Shown here piece after piece: positions 1 to 8,681 of a DNA stretch of 32,000 nucleotides. The notes beneath the pieces were generated by a model, which was given only the letters and a program-made list of their open reading frames with translations, searched no databases and was not told where the DNA came from. Source of the stretch: Candidatus Kuenenia stuttgartensis (lineage in GTDB: Bacteria; Planctomycetota; Brocadiia; Brocadiales; Brocadiaceae). The position numbers and the translations under genes were made by a program. The stretch spans positions 2,970,001 to 3,002,000 of the forward strand of contig NZ_LT934425.1 of NCBI RefSeq assembly GCF_900232105.1. Reading direction: 5' to 3'. The number at the start of each line of letters is the position of its first letter. Positions within the stretch are counted from its first letter, which is position 1.

Positions 1-61
1 AAATGTTATACATTTTCTGTCGATCTTTAATAGATTTTTCTGTATCAAAGGTCGACAGATG

Positions 62-328
62 TTAAATAAATTGAATATCATCCTTTTTATCCATGCCATA
101 AACACATCTATCATAGTATTTCATTTGTCTGAATTTATAAACGATAATTGAATCGTTATCTTCACTTTTAATTATTTTTTTAAGTTCTAAAATCATTTTT
201 TCATATGCAGCTTCTGATATTTCACCTTCAAAAACCGAATTTTGAACCCATTGAAGATACTTACGGCAAGCCTTCACCATTTTTCCGCAATGCTTACTGT
301 TGACATCATAGTACAATATAACAAACAT
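62..328 (-). CDS. cas2: CRISPR-associated endoribonuclease Cas2
   Basis: Last gene of the cas operon. The ~88-aa product starts MFVILYYDVN, and its size and N-terminal strand plus YD are typical of Cas2. The ATG at 328 overlaps the cas1 stop (TAATG). The track start at 334 is a TTG. Confidence 0.9.
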   Translation of the reverse strand: MFVILYYDVNSKHCGKMVKACRKYLQWVQNSVFEGEISEAAYEKMILELKKIIKSEDNDSIIVYKFRQMKYYDRCVYGMDKKDDIQFI

Positions 329-1323
329 TACCAATCCATAACAAAGGGTTTGTATGTTTCCTCTTCCATAAGATGTTTTTCCAGTTTGTAAAGCTCCAGC
401 CTCATGAGTCTTCGATAACTTACCTGTTTATTCAACCCGGAATGTTTAATCGTTTCTTTCAGACGTTCTTCCATGTATTGAAGAAATCGTTTTCTTGCGG
501 AGTCTTTTAATAGTATTCCGTTCAACTGTTTTTCAAAATCGTTTTCTGTAATGATTTTTTTGTTGAGTACGGCAAAAATTGTCCTGTCACCTATAACGGG
601 CTTAAATATTTCTGCCACATCCAGGTTAAGTGTGAATCTCCTGAAGTTGGTTGTGTGGAGAAACCCTATGCGCGGGTCAAGGTGTGTCTGGTATATTTCG
701 GAAAGCACATAGGAATATATCACTGAATTAGAGAAACTTATCAGGGTGTTTAAAAAATCTCTGGGCGGCCTTTTTGTACGCCTTTCAAAGGAAAACTCCG
801 GATCGTCAATAATACAATTAAAGGCGTTGTAGTATAATTGCTTTATCTGGCCTTCAATGGCCATTGCCTTTTCAATACTTTCCTGTTCTTCAAGTTTTGA
901 AAGAATATCTTCTATCCCGTTTATGTACTGCGTGAGGTCTTTCCCCCGTCTTTCATAATACTTCAGAATCTTAAGGCAGTTTTTTACGGCGCCCTCAATG
1001 AACTTCTTTGCAATAAACTGTCTTTTCGTCTCGTCGGTATAATGGTCTGCCTGTCTTAGAATCATAAAGCCTGAATTGTAATGCTCCCTGGGATAAAAAC
1101 TGCCGGCATAATAGCCGTAGTAATTAAAATAGGAGAGGACGATTTCGTTTTGGGATAGAAAGTTAAGCACCTTCGAGTTCAGATCCGTCTCTCCGAACAT
1201 AAAGATTTCCTTTGTGTTCTCAACGGGAATAAATTTCTTATTTCCATCTTCGGTTTCAAAGAAAAGGGTATTGTCTTTCCGTTTAAGGCGTCCGTTTGAA
1301 AATATATATACAGTTTCTTTCAT
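328..1323 (-). CDS. cas1: CRISPR-associated endonuclease Cas1
   Basis: 331 aa with an ATG start, lying between cas4 and cas2. Cas1-like conserved acidic/His positions are present (AIEGQ, GFLHT, LDVAEIFKP). Its length and position are canonical for a type I adaptation module. Confidence 0.92.
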   Translation of the reverse strand: MKETVYIFSNGRLKRKDNTLFFETEDGNKKFIPVENTKEIFMFGETDLNSKVLNFLSQNEIVLSYFNYYGYYAGSFYPREHYNSGFMILRQADHYTDETKRQFIAKKFIEGAVKNCLKILKYYERRGKDLTQYINGIEDILSKLEEQESIEKAMAIEGQIKQLYYNAFNCIIDDPEFSFERRTKRPPRDFLNTLISFSNSVIYSYVLSEIYQTHLDPRIGFLHTTNFRRFTLNLDVAEIFKPVIGDRTIFAVLNKKIITENDFEKQLNGILLKDSARKRFLQYMEERLKETIKHSGLNKQVSYRRLMRLELYKLEKHLMEEETYKPFVMDW

Positions 1324-1329
1324 GATTGT

Positions 1330-1881
1330 TTACGACCAGCAAAATTCAAGATATGAGCACGTCTTGCAAAACTTTACCCAAACTTTTTCCGGGGCAGATT
1401 CTTGTTGAATCAGATATTTGATTTTTGCGATTAAATTTTCGACCTCTATTATGCGTTCATCTGTTAATTCTACTGGCACTACCTTTTTTTCTTTTGGTAT
1501 CCGGATCTCCCCTTTGATGGTTCGATCTTTTCTTGAAACATTATAAAGATAAAAGAGCAATTGCATTTGGGAAGCCTCAATCATCCTGGAACTCTTTTTC
1601 GTTTCAATTAAGGTAATAATGCCATCTTTCTGTCTGATAACGTCAATTTTACTACCGTCTATCAGTATTTCCTTTTTATCCCTTTTGTATGTTTCTTCTG
1701 AAAGCAGGCGACCGATAGCAATAAATTCATTATACTGATTACCCGATATATTCCTGGACATCAACCACGCCTGTCTTTGGCAAACAACATATGCCTGCAA
1801 TATTGACCCTGTTACTTTTAGCTGGTCAGACAAAAATAGCCTCTCTTTCTCCGACAGTCTTTTTAAATCCCTCCTGATCAA
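1330..1881 (-). CDS. cas4: CRISPR-associated exonuclease Cas4 (RecB-like, Fe-S)
   Basis: 183 aa with an N-terminal Cys (VVCQRQAW), a RecB-type core (D...IETKK) and a C-terminal Cys cluster CKTCSYLEFC. The start is uncertain. The track start is a TTG that overlaps cas3 by 56 nt; an in-frame TTG at 1833 would overlap by only 8 nt. Confidence 0.88.
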   Translation of the reverse strand: MIRRDLKRLSEKERLFLSDQLKVTGSILQAYVVCQRQAWLMSRNISGNQYNEFIAIGRLLSEETYKRDKKEILIDGSKIDVIRQKDGIITLIETKKSSRMIEASQMQLLFYLYNVSRKDRTIKGEIRIPKEKKVVPVELTDERIIEVENLIAKIKYLIQQESAPEKVWVKFCKTCSYLEFCWS

Positions 1882-4384
1882 GTCCTTTTTCTATGCTATA
1901 AAATTGATGCCAGTTTTCACAATAGTAAAATCCGTGCCTTATCTCTTCATCGATTATTTTTCTAAGTTTTCCATGTTTCGTATAACAGTTGAAAACATTT
2001 ATTGAATAAGGTATCAATTTCTTTTTAAATTCCTTGATTCTAATTGCATTCTCTAAGGATTTTTCTCCATCAAAAAGCGACATGTATTCGATCCATAATG
2101 TTTCACCTTTCTCATTATAAGGAATATAAATGGAAATCGTATCGCCATCAATCAGATGTACATTTCGGTCTACCTGTTTTAAAAATAGATTTCTTATGTC
2201 TGATATGTTTGTTTGAGAACTGTCAACAAAGGACATCTTGTTCTTTTGATCTATTCCATTTATAACTCTTTTGTAGAATTCTTGTAATTCACTATTTTCG
2301 TCAATGGTTTTTTTACTAAAGAACGCTTCTTTATTTGTTTCTCTTGATTTTAAATCTTTTCCATAAACTTTTTCACTTGCGTCGTCTTCGAATACAAACA
2401 TTTCACAACACTCTTTGCCGCTATTCCTGTTTATCCTGCCTGCTACCTGAACGATGCTGTCAAAAGGCGCATAAGCTCTAAACCCCACATCAAAATCAAT
2501 ATCAACACCAGCCTCAACAGACTGAGTCGATACAAGTACAATCTTCCTGTTTGCATCTTTACAGGCTATAAGTATGTCTTTTTTCCTTGCTTCTATAATT
2601 GTTGAATTAAGAAGGTACACCTCAAATTCTTCAGAGATTGTTTTTTCCTTTTGAATTTTTATGTATATATCAAAAGAATCTTTTACCGTATTTAGAACGA
2701 TAAGAATCTTGTTTTCTTTATTAAGTTTTTTAATCCGGTTTACCAATTTGTCGAATCTGTTTTTGTCATTTGATTCGTTAATTTTTAGTTTTTTATCAGG
2801 TGTTATTCTTGTCCTGTTAAATACTTCATGTTTGAATACTTTGCTGGATGTATCTTCAGGTATGATTTGATGAAATGTTGAATTTGTGAGAATATCCAAC
2901 CTTGGTAGTGTTGCGCTCATTACAATGAAATGGGTATTGAGAAATCGGCCTATTACATCAAACATATAAGCAACTTCCGTCCAAACTGTATCTTTATAAG
3001 CCTGAATTTCATCTATTATAACGACACTGTTAGCTATTTGGTAAAAGTTATAATTGGAGTTTTTGTCGTTTCTAAAGAAAAGGTCAAAGAATTTCACATG
3101 ACTTAGGAAAAGGACAGGTTTGTTGAAAAACAAATTATCAACATAATTTGCAAATACAGAGGTATCATCCTCATAATTGTCTTCATTGTCAGACGAATCT
3201 ATGAACCGCGAATCCAGCCGTGCCATATTTCTTAAACCTATAAATTTTCCAAGTACTTCGTAACTCTGCTCAATCAAATTAATAAAAGGAAAGACATAAA
3301 AGAGTTTTTTAATCTCTCTTTTCTCCATAATCTTTAGTGCTAAACGAAGTGAAATATTTGTTTTACCACCACCCGTAGGTATATTAAGAAAGAATGTTCT
3401 GATATCAGATTGTTCATCCAGGATATTCTCAAGATTGTTTTCTGTAACAACATTTAAAATTGAACGAATCTTGTTAAGGGCTTCTTTCCTTTTTTGATTA
3501 TCTGACCATTTAATATCCTCAATATTAACATTCCTGAGGGAGTTTCTATCTTTACTAATATTTACATTAAAATTTATTTCTTTTTTTTGATTAATTTCAA
3601 ACTCATCAACTTTATGGAAATTGTTAAAAACCTCCTCTTTAATTTCATTGCGTAGAATATCGTGATTGAATTTTTGCCCTGTCTTGAACTCCATTGTGGC
3701 AAAATAGTCAGACGAAATGAGACAGGAGTGAAACATTTTTACAAGAATGAAGAATGACATGGATTCTTTCGACAGTTTTCTTACAAGCTCTCTCATGCCC
3801 CGATCGTTCCATTTTTTCCAGAATCCTCCCGCAGACACTGCTTCAAGAATATTATTGTCAGGTATTTCATTAAGCTGTTGAAGTATATCAATCAAAACTT
3901 TTACATCAGCTCTGCATGAAAAGTTTTGTATATCATTAAGTATGTCATTTAATCTGCCATGATGTTTGTATACTGAATAAAGCAGTAAAAAAAGAATCAT
4001 GAACTCTTTGTTGTTGACCGTATCAGTTTTTTTCAATTTCAGAACAGCATACACCAGTACAAAAAAACTCTTATCACTATGTGTCGTTTTATTCTTTTCT
4101 CCATCCAGCTTTGCCTGAAATTCAGGAGTTAATTTGCCTATATCATGAAAAAACACAAATTCCCGCATGATCTTTAATAGCTTTTCATTGTCAACACTAT
4201 TGTCCACATCTATATCTGTTATTAACCGGTGGAAGATGTCCTCAATTTCATACGTTTGTATTATGTTGTCAAAATAAAATAATGTTTTGTCACAATGTGT
4301 ATGAAAAGGCTCCTTTACGCTATCTGTTTTTGAATGGGCAAATGCTTTAATATCTTTTAAAACTACATTAAATAAACTGGACAT
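1826..4384 (-). CDS. cas3: Cas3 nuclease/helicase (HD domain fused to SF2 helicase)
   Basis: 852 aa with an ATG start. It has an N-terminal HD motif (FFHDIGK), Walker A PTGGGKT, a DExx box VVIIDEIQ, MSATLP, and a C-terminal helicase motif VSTQSVEAGVDIDFD. Confidence 0.92.
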   Translation of the reverse strand: MSSLFNVVLKDIKAFAHSKTDSVKEPFHTHCDKTLFYFDNIIQTYEIEDIFHRLITDIDVDNSVDNEKLLKIMREFVFFHDIGKLTPEFQAKLDGEKNKTTHSDKSFFVLVYAVLKLKKTDTVNNKEFMILFLLLYSVYKHHGRLNDILNDIQNFSCRADVKVLIDILQQLNEIPDNNILEAVSAGGFWKKWNDRGMRELVRKLSKESMSFFILVKMFHSCLISSDYFATMEFKTGQKFNHDILRNEIKEEVFNNFHKVDEFEINQKKEINFNVNISKDRNSLRNVNIEDIKWSDNQKRKEALNKIRSILNVVTENNLENILDEQSDIRTFFLNIPTGGGKTNISLRLALKIMEKREIKKLFYVFPFINLIEQSYEVLGKFIGLRNMARLDSRFIDSSDNEDNYEDDTSVFANYVDNLFFNKPVLFLSHVKFFDLFFRNDKNSNYNFYQIANSVVIIDEIQAYKDTVWTEVAYMFDVIGRFLNTHFIVMSATLPRLDILTNSTFHQIIPEDTSSKVFKHEVFNRTRITPDKKLKINESNDKNRFDKLVNRIKKLNKENKILIVLNTVKDSFDIYIKIQKEKTISEEFEVYLLNSTIIEARKKDILIACKDANRKIVLVSTQSVEAGVDIDFDVGFRAYAPFDSIVQVAGRINRNSGKECCEMFVFEDDASEKVYGKDLKSRETNKEAFFSKKTIDENSELQEFYKRVINGIDQKNKMSFVDSSQTNISDIRNLFLKQVDRNVHLIDGDTISIYIPYNEKGETLWIEYMSLFDGEKSLENAIRIKEFKKKLIPYSINVFNCYTKHGKLRKIIDEEIRHGFYYCENWHQFYSIEKGLDQEGFKKTVGEREAIFV

Positions 4385-5165
4385 TGAACGGTTCTCCTTC
4401 GTTTTTATTTACAAGCGTATAAAAACCTGTTTTATCTTTTATGATAATTTCCCGCTGAGTCAGAACGAACACATCCTTTTTATAAAAACCTCTCGCATCA
4501 AAATCGTATGGCAGATGTTCATATATTGTGTAACCTTCATTTAATTTTTTTTCAAAGGGGTCGAAATCCTCAAAAGAGAATTCACGTAAAATATTTGTGT
4601 TCTTATCTCCCGCTTTAACTAACCCGCATACAGATGCTTCGGAAGCAGACAATGGTGCTGCTTCATATTCCTGATAATTCTCATGATAAGCAAAAAACTC
4701 ATTTTTCCCGAAATAAAGAGGGTATTCGGATTCTCTGTTTATTAAAAGTTTCTTTAGCTTACTAATCAGGCCATCCTGAATTGCGTTATTATCAAGAACA
4801 AATACCGTATATCTGATTTCTTGTTCTCCTATGAGGATTTGTTCTCTTATCTGCCATGTTTGTCCCTGGCCGCCAGAGCTTTTGGATGCAAGGCAAGAGG
4901 CATTATTAAAACCCGTAATAACTTTTTTCAAGGGTTTCTCATAATGGGGAAGTATTGCAATTTTCATATCCTTTAAATTTGTATAAAAGTCAGGATGTTG
5001 CTTTGCCTTAGATTCAGAATAACCGGGTATTCCGAGGATAGCGCCGATAATGCCTAACACAGCCGGTTTGTGCAGAAAATTATAGCTTATATACACCATA
5101 TCATTGGCATCGTTTTTCTTGAAGAAAGCCATATCACCCGCAAGTTCAAAAGAAAATACATTCAT
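4368..5165 (-). CDS. cas5: Cas5 (type I-B Cascade subunit)
   Basis: 265 aa with an ATG start and an SD GGAGAA 6 nt upstream. The N-terminus FELAGDMAFFKK...PAVLGIIGAILGIPGY is the typical Cas5 signature. It overlaps the cas3 start by 17 nt. Confidence 0.85.
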   Translation of the reverse strand: MNVFSFELAGDMAFFKKNDANDMVYISYNFLHKPAVLGIIGAILGIPGYSESKAKQHPDFYTNLKDMKIAILPHYEKPLKKVITGFNNASCLASKSSGGQGQTWQIREQILIGEQEIRYTVFVLDNNAIQDGLISKLKKLLINRESEYPLYFGKNEFFAYHENYQEYEAAPLSASEASVCGLVKAGDKNTNILREFSFEDFDPFEKKLNEGYTIYEHLPYDFDARGFYKKDVFVLTQREIIIKDKTGFYTLVNKNEGEPFNVQFI

Positions 5166-5186
5166 TGATTTTCTCCGGTATTCGTT

Positions 5187-5519
5187 TTATTTCTCTATTT
5201 TAAATAATTGTTTTATCCTGGATATTATTTCGGGTTTATATGAGCCCACCAGCGTTCCAAATCTCTTTTCCACTCTCTGTTTTGAAAGGGTTGCCAATTT
5301 ATCTATTCTAACAACGGATGGGTATAACAAGCCCACATCCTTCCAAGCATCTATTGCTATATCATATTCGCCTCTTTGTTCCATACTGGTCACTTTTGCG
5401 GTCACAATATCTTCTAAATCTGTCTGTGCTAAGACAACTACTGGTCTTTTCGCATCTCCTTTTCCATCGCTATAAGGAAATTTCAGTAGTAATATCTCGC
5501 CAAAATTATAGTTTGTCAT
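5187..5519 (-). CDS. PemK/MazF-family type II toxin (putative mRNA interferase) embedded in the cas operon
   Basis: About 110 aa. The pattern GEILLLKFPY...KRPVVVLAQ...AKVTS...GLLYPSVVRIDKLATLSKQRVEKRFGTL matches the MazF/PemK SH3-like-barrel toxin layout. The start is ATG 5519 (AAAGGA 9 nt upstream) or ATG 5528. It overlaps the upstream small gene by 14-23 nt. Confidence 0.75.
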   Translation of the reverse strand: MTNYNFGEILLLKFPYSDGKGDAKRPVVVLAQTDLEDIVTAKVTSMEQRGEYDIAIDAWKDVGLLYPSVVRIDKLATLSKQRVEKRFGTLVGSYKPEIISRIKQLFKIEK

Positions 5520-5700
5520 ATGCGGCATCCTTTTCGGAATATCCTTTCATAAAATCCCCGGCAACAGTATCTTCCCATAGCCTGTCTTCTTCGTCATCAA
5601 GAAAGATAATAATTACCTTCTTGTCTGTTTTGTAAGGAATTCTTTCCAATGGTTCTATTTTCCCATCATGACAAACTCCCTGTATTGCCGTAATAGCCAT
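5506..5700 (-). CDS. Small antitoxin-like protein (DUF104/AF2212-like pattern)
   Basis: 64 aa from ATG 5700, preceded by a strong SD (GGAGGTG, 6-nt spacer). The track start at 5715 is a TTG. The N-terminus AITAIQGVCHDGKIEPLERIPYKTDKKVIIIFL fits the small beta-rich antitoxin family normally paired with PIN/MazF toxins, and the tail is acidic. It is translationally coupled to the toxin. Confidence 0.6.
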   Translation of the reverse strand: MAITAIQGVCHDGKIEPLERIPYKTDKKVIIIFLDDEEDRLWEDTVAGDFMKGYSEKDAAYDKL

Positions 5701-5733
5701 AAAGTTCACCTCCAATATAAAGCTGAAATAAAA

Positions 5734-6714
5734 TTAATGCGTATTATTGGATTGATCCTTTTTAATAATTTTGTCACGGCCTTCAACAGTTATCATATCG
5801 TTATCGTAAACCAATTCAACATTTTCAATATCATCGCGGTATTTTCCAAGGGTTGCAGCAATTGTAGACAAATCAACGGATGTTTTACCCTTTTCCTTTG
5901 ATATCTTAACAAAGTTTTTTAAGGTTGGTATCTGTTTCTTTGAGTCTTCAAGCATTTTTATAAACAGAGTAAGGATGTTTTCAGACCCTATTTTTGATGC
6001 GGTATTCAGGTTTGTCACAGCATTCTTCAAGGCTTCTTTTAGCTTGTCTATATCTGTGGTATTAATCTTCATCTTTTCTTGCACTTCTGAATTATCTTCA
6101 TAGTGGTTAAGTATATTTTGTGGGTTTATAACAAAATCATACACATAGCAAACTTCCTTTGCTTTGTTTTCGTTGCCTATTGTTGAGCTTTTGTCTCCTG
6201 AATCTGTCGCGTATGGAGAGAGTATGTCGTTTGCGAAGATAATGTTTTCTTCGTACTTATTTACGCCATAACTTATCTGAACCGGTCCCGTTAGAGATAT
6301 GTTCTTATTATCTTCTTCCACACCAGATTTCATAGCGAAAGTTATTCCAAATAGTTTTGTATCGATACATTCAGAAAAAACTTCCAAGGGAGTGTTTTTA
6401 TTTAGTTTAGCTTTCATGTTGTTGTATCTTTCTTCAAGGGTATTTGGCAGATACTTTCCGTTATCTTCTTTAAAGGTTTTCCACACAAAGACATTCTCTT
6501 TGTTATCTACCCAGTATTTTCTCATGGCATATTTCAGAGCCTTATCGGTTGCGTAGATAGTCCCGTTCTCATCAGGCAGTCTCCTTGGATTGCCCGTAAA
6601 ATCCGCATTGAAGTTGCTGTTTTCACTTTTTATCAGGACAATTCCATAACATCTATTCTTGAATTCGCCGTTATCTTGTTTTTTTACCTTTGTTTCTTCT
6701 TTTATCTCGCTCAT
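5734..6714 (-). CDS. cas7: Cas7 (type I-B Cascade backbone subunit, Csh2/Cst2-like)
   Basis: 326 aa. The motif YGIVLIKSENSNFNADFTGNPRRLPD...IYATDKALKYAMRKYW is typical of the Cas7 N-terminal RAMP region. The ATG overlaps the cas8 stop (ATGA). Confidence 0.88.
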   Translation of the reverse strand: MSEIKEETKVKKQDNGEFKNRCYGIVLIKSENSNFNADFTGNPRRLPDENGTIYATDKALKYAMRKYWVDNKENVFVWKTFKEDNGKYLPNTLEERYNNMKAKLNKNTPLEVFSECIDTKLFGITFAMKSGVEEDNKNISLTGPVQISYGVNKYEENIIFANDILSPYATDSGDKSSTIGNENKAKEVCYVYDFVINPQNILNHYEDNSEVQEKMKINTTDIDKLKEALKNAVTNLNTASKIGSENILTLFIKMLEDSKKQIPTLKNFVKISKEKGKTSVDLSTIAATLGKYRDDIENVELVYDNDMITVEGRDKIIKKDQSNNTH

Positions 6715-7091
6715 TTTTTATCCTCCTTTGATTTGGCATAGAAAATATTTTCGTTACTATTGAAATAACCGGCATAAAAAAGTGTTTTTAAATCCCTAGT
6801 GAATTTCTCTTCTTTGTTATCATAAAGAAACCCCCACATTTCAGAAAACGTTTCATTGAATTTTTTAACATTAAGCGGAATAGCATGTTTGTATGCTTTA
6901 AATAAACTCTCAATTCTTTCCGCAAGCAATGCAAAATTTTGCATATTTATGAAAGGTTCGATCATGGTATGTGTTTTCTCGGAGGATTTTGACTGGTTTA
7001 AAAGATAGTAGGCAATTTGTCCTGCATAATAAGCGAAACTCTCTTTATCCGTAATCTTTCCTTCCCTTTTAATCCTTTCTACAGTTTCCAT
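6711..7091 (-). CDS. cas11: Candidate internally translated small subunit (Cas11b) from the 3' end of cas8b
   Basis: An in-frame ATG at 7091 (Met530 of Cas8b) is preceded by AAGGGAGA with a 6-nt spacer. It would yield a 126-aa protein (METVERIKREG...), the size expected for Cas11. Confidence 0.4.
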   Translation of the reverse strand: METVERIKREGKITDKESFAYYAGQIAYYLLNQSKSSEKTHTMIEPFINMQNFALLAERIESLFKAYKHAIPLNVKKFNETFSEMWGFLYDNKEEKFTRDLKTLFYAGYFNSNENIFYAKSKEDKK

Positions 7092-8678
7092 TTTTGTCTC
7101 CCTTTTGCTAAAGATATTGTCTAAGTCAAGATAAACATCGCTCATTTCTTTAAGGCTATAATAGGTTTTTGTATTATCTTTTTTCTTATCAAAAAACTCT
7201 TTAAGTCTAGCTTTCAAAGAATCAAAATAGATATCAGCCAAAATCTTTTGTGATAACCCCGCATATTTTGCTCTATAAAAATAGTCAAAAAGCGGCTGTC
7301 TGTATTTGTGTATTATGATATTCATATGGGGTGAACCTGTATCCACATCTTTTACGAAGTAACTTTTTTCAAGCTGATAGGTAAAAAAATATCTATTTAT
7401 TAAACCTTCAATGGTGAACAGGTTTTCTCCGTACATCTTAAATTTAAAACCGGTAATATAGTCAAAAGCGAGTATGTTCTCACCACGATTGTATATAATC
7501 AAGTAAAAGTCCAGTTCTTCATTTGAACTGGTTCTATATACTTCCTGAATAATCTCTTTGAATCCTTTTTTCTCTAATCTGCCTTCGTTTTTAAAAAGAT
7601 TAACAATCGCGGCTCTTTCTTTTGTATCAATAAATAAGGGGAATAAAGTAATGCTTAGCTTATTCAGGAAATATTCCTGAAATTTATAAATATCAAGCGA
7701 ACATGTTTCACATACCTCAATGTTGTAATCAATATATCTATTACAGTGTCTTAAGAAAGGTTTTCCTGAGTCAAGATTATGAAATGCATTTGGTATATAT
7801 ATACTTACATGTTCTCTGTTACAAATAGAACATTTCCCTTTTGAATATCTTTCCGGTTTATCTTCTGCAAATATTTTTTTTGAAAGATACCTTTCATACC
7901 ATTTTTTATAATTTACATAAAAGCTTTCCTGAAACTTAAATACTACAAACATTGAATTACCTGGAAATTTCCACTCATTCTTTTTTTCATCAAAAACAGA
8001 TAAAATATTTTTTAAATTTTCTATTTTATTCCATATCTTTGTAACGTTGATGTCCGACCCAATAGAATCAAATAACTTTATATAATTATCCTTCAACTCG
8101 TCATCTAAATCTTCCGGCAGACCTTTCAGAATGTTTGATTTTCTGTATGTATTTGTAAGTTTTTGTGCAAAACCTTCTTTGCAATTAAAAATATCACCTT
8201 TAAACCTCCCGGTACTTAATGTGCCGCTATCAAACTTGCCTTCAAAAATAAGCAGGTTGTACGAATTTGTGCCTTTGTTGCTTCCTATACTTTTATTACC
8301 TTTAGGATCATCAGAAGGTTTTTTTGTGTAAAGAGATAACGATTTTAGAATCTCTTGCCATTCTATATTTGCATCAGAAAGTTTCTTCAAGGTTAATAGA
8401 TGTTCGCCAGTATTTTTGATTTCCCATGAAATGTCGTTTCCCTTTTTTCCATCTAAGGTAACATACTGTTTTATTATAGTAATCCCATTTTCAACCGCAT
8501 CTTTCTCAATAATATCTTTAAAAACAAAATATGCATCATCAGGTTTTATAGTCGCCATATCCTCGTTAACCGGTATAACCATAACAGGTTTATCAAGTTT
8601 CCTCTCTACTTCATTCACCAGTGCATAAATTCCTGCATCCTCTAATTGTTTTGAAAACTCAACAATTTCTTTCAGCAT
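6711..8678 (-). CDS. cas8b: Cas8b-class large Cascade subunit
   Basis: 655 aa, in the position between cas6 and cas7 that the large subunit occupies in I-B operons. It has a central putative zinc finger CSIC...CETC and a helical C-terminal region. The assignment rests on context and architecture, not on a search. Confidence 0.78.
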   Translation of the reverse strand: MLKEIVEFSKQLEDAGIYALVNEVERKLDKPVMVIPVNEDMATIKPDDAYFVFKDIIEKDAVENGITIIKQYVTLDGKKGNDISWEIKNTGEHLLTLKKLSDANIEWQEILKSLSLYTKKPSDDPKGNKSIGSNKGTNSYNLLIFEGKFDSGTLSTGRFKGDIFNCKEGFAQKLTNTYRKSNILKGLPEDLDDELKDNYIKLFDSIGSDINVTKIWNKIENLKNILSVFDEKKNEWKFPGNSMFVVFKFQESFYVNYKKWYERYLSKKIFAEDKPERYSKGKCSICNREHVSIYIPNAFHNLDSGKPFLRHCNRYIDYNIEVCETCSLDIYKFQEYFLNKLSITLFPLFIDTKERAAIVNLFKNEGRLEKKGFKEIIQEVYRTSSNEELDFYLIIYNRGENILAFDYITGFKFKMYGENLFTIEGLINRYFFTYQLEKSYFVKDVDTGSPHMNIIIHKYRQPLFDYFYRAKYAGLSQKILADIYFDSLKARLKEFFDKKKDNTKTYYSLKEMSDVYLDLDNIFSKRETKMETVERIKREGKITDKESFAYYAGQIAYYLLNQSKSSEKTHTMIEPFINMQNFALLAERIESLFKAYKHAIPLNVKKFNETFSEMWGFLYDNKEEKFTRDLKTLFYAGYFNSNENIFYAKSKEDKK

Positions 8679-8681
8679 TCT

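Noticed and set aside
1-61. Possible CRISPR repeat, leader or terminator downstream of cas2. There is an 8-bp inverted repeat TCTGTCGA (16-23) / TCGACAGA (52-59) and a direct TTTTCTGT at 13-20 and 36-43.
   Set aside because: No unit of CRISPR-repeat length recurs within the 61 nt available, and the hairpin has a 28-nt loop and no U-tract. It could be leader sequence, but the window ends too soon to call anything.
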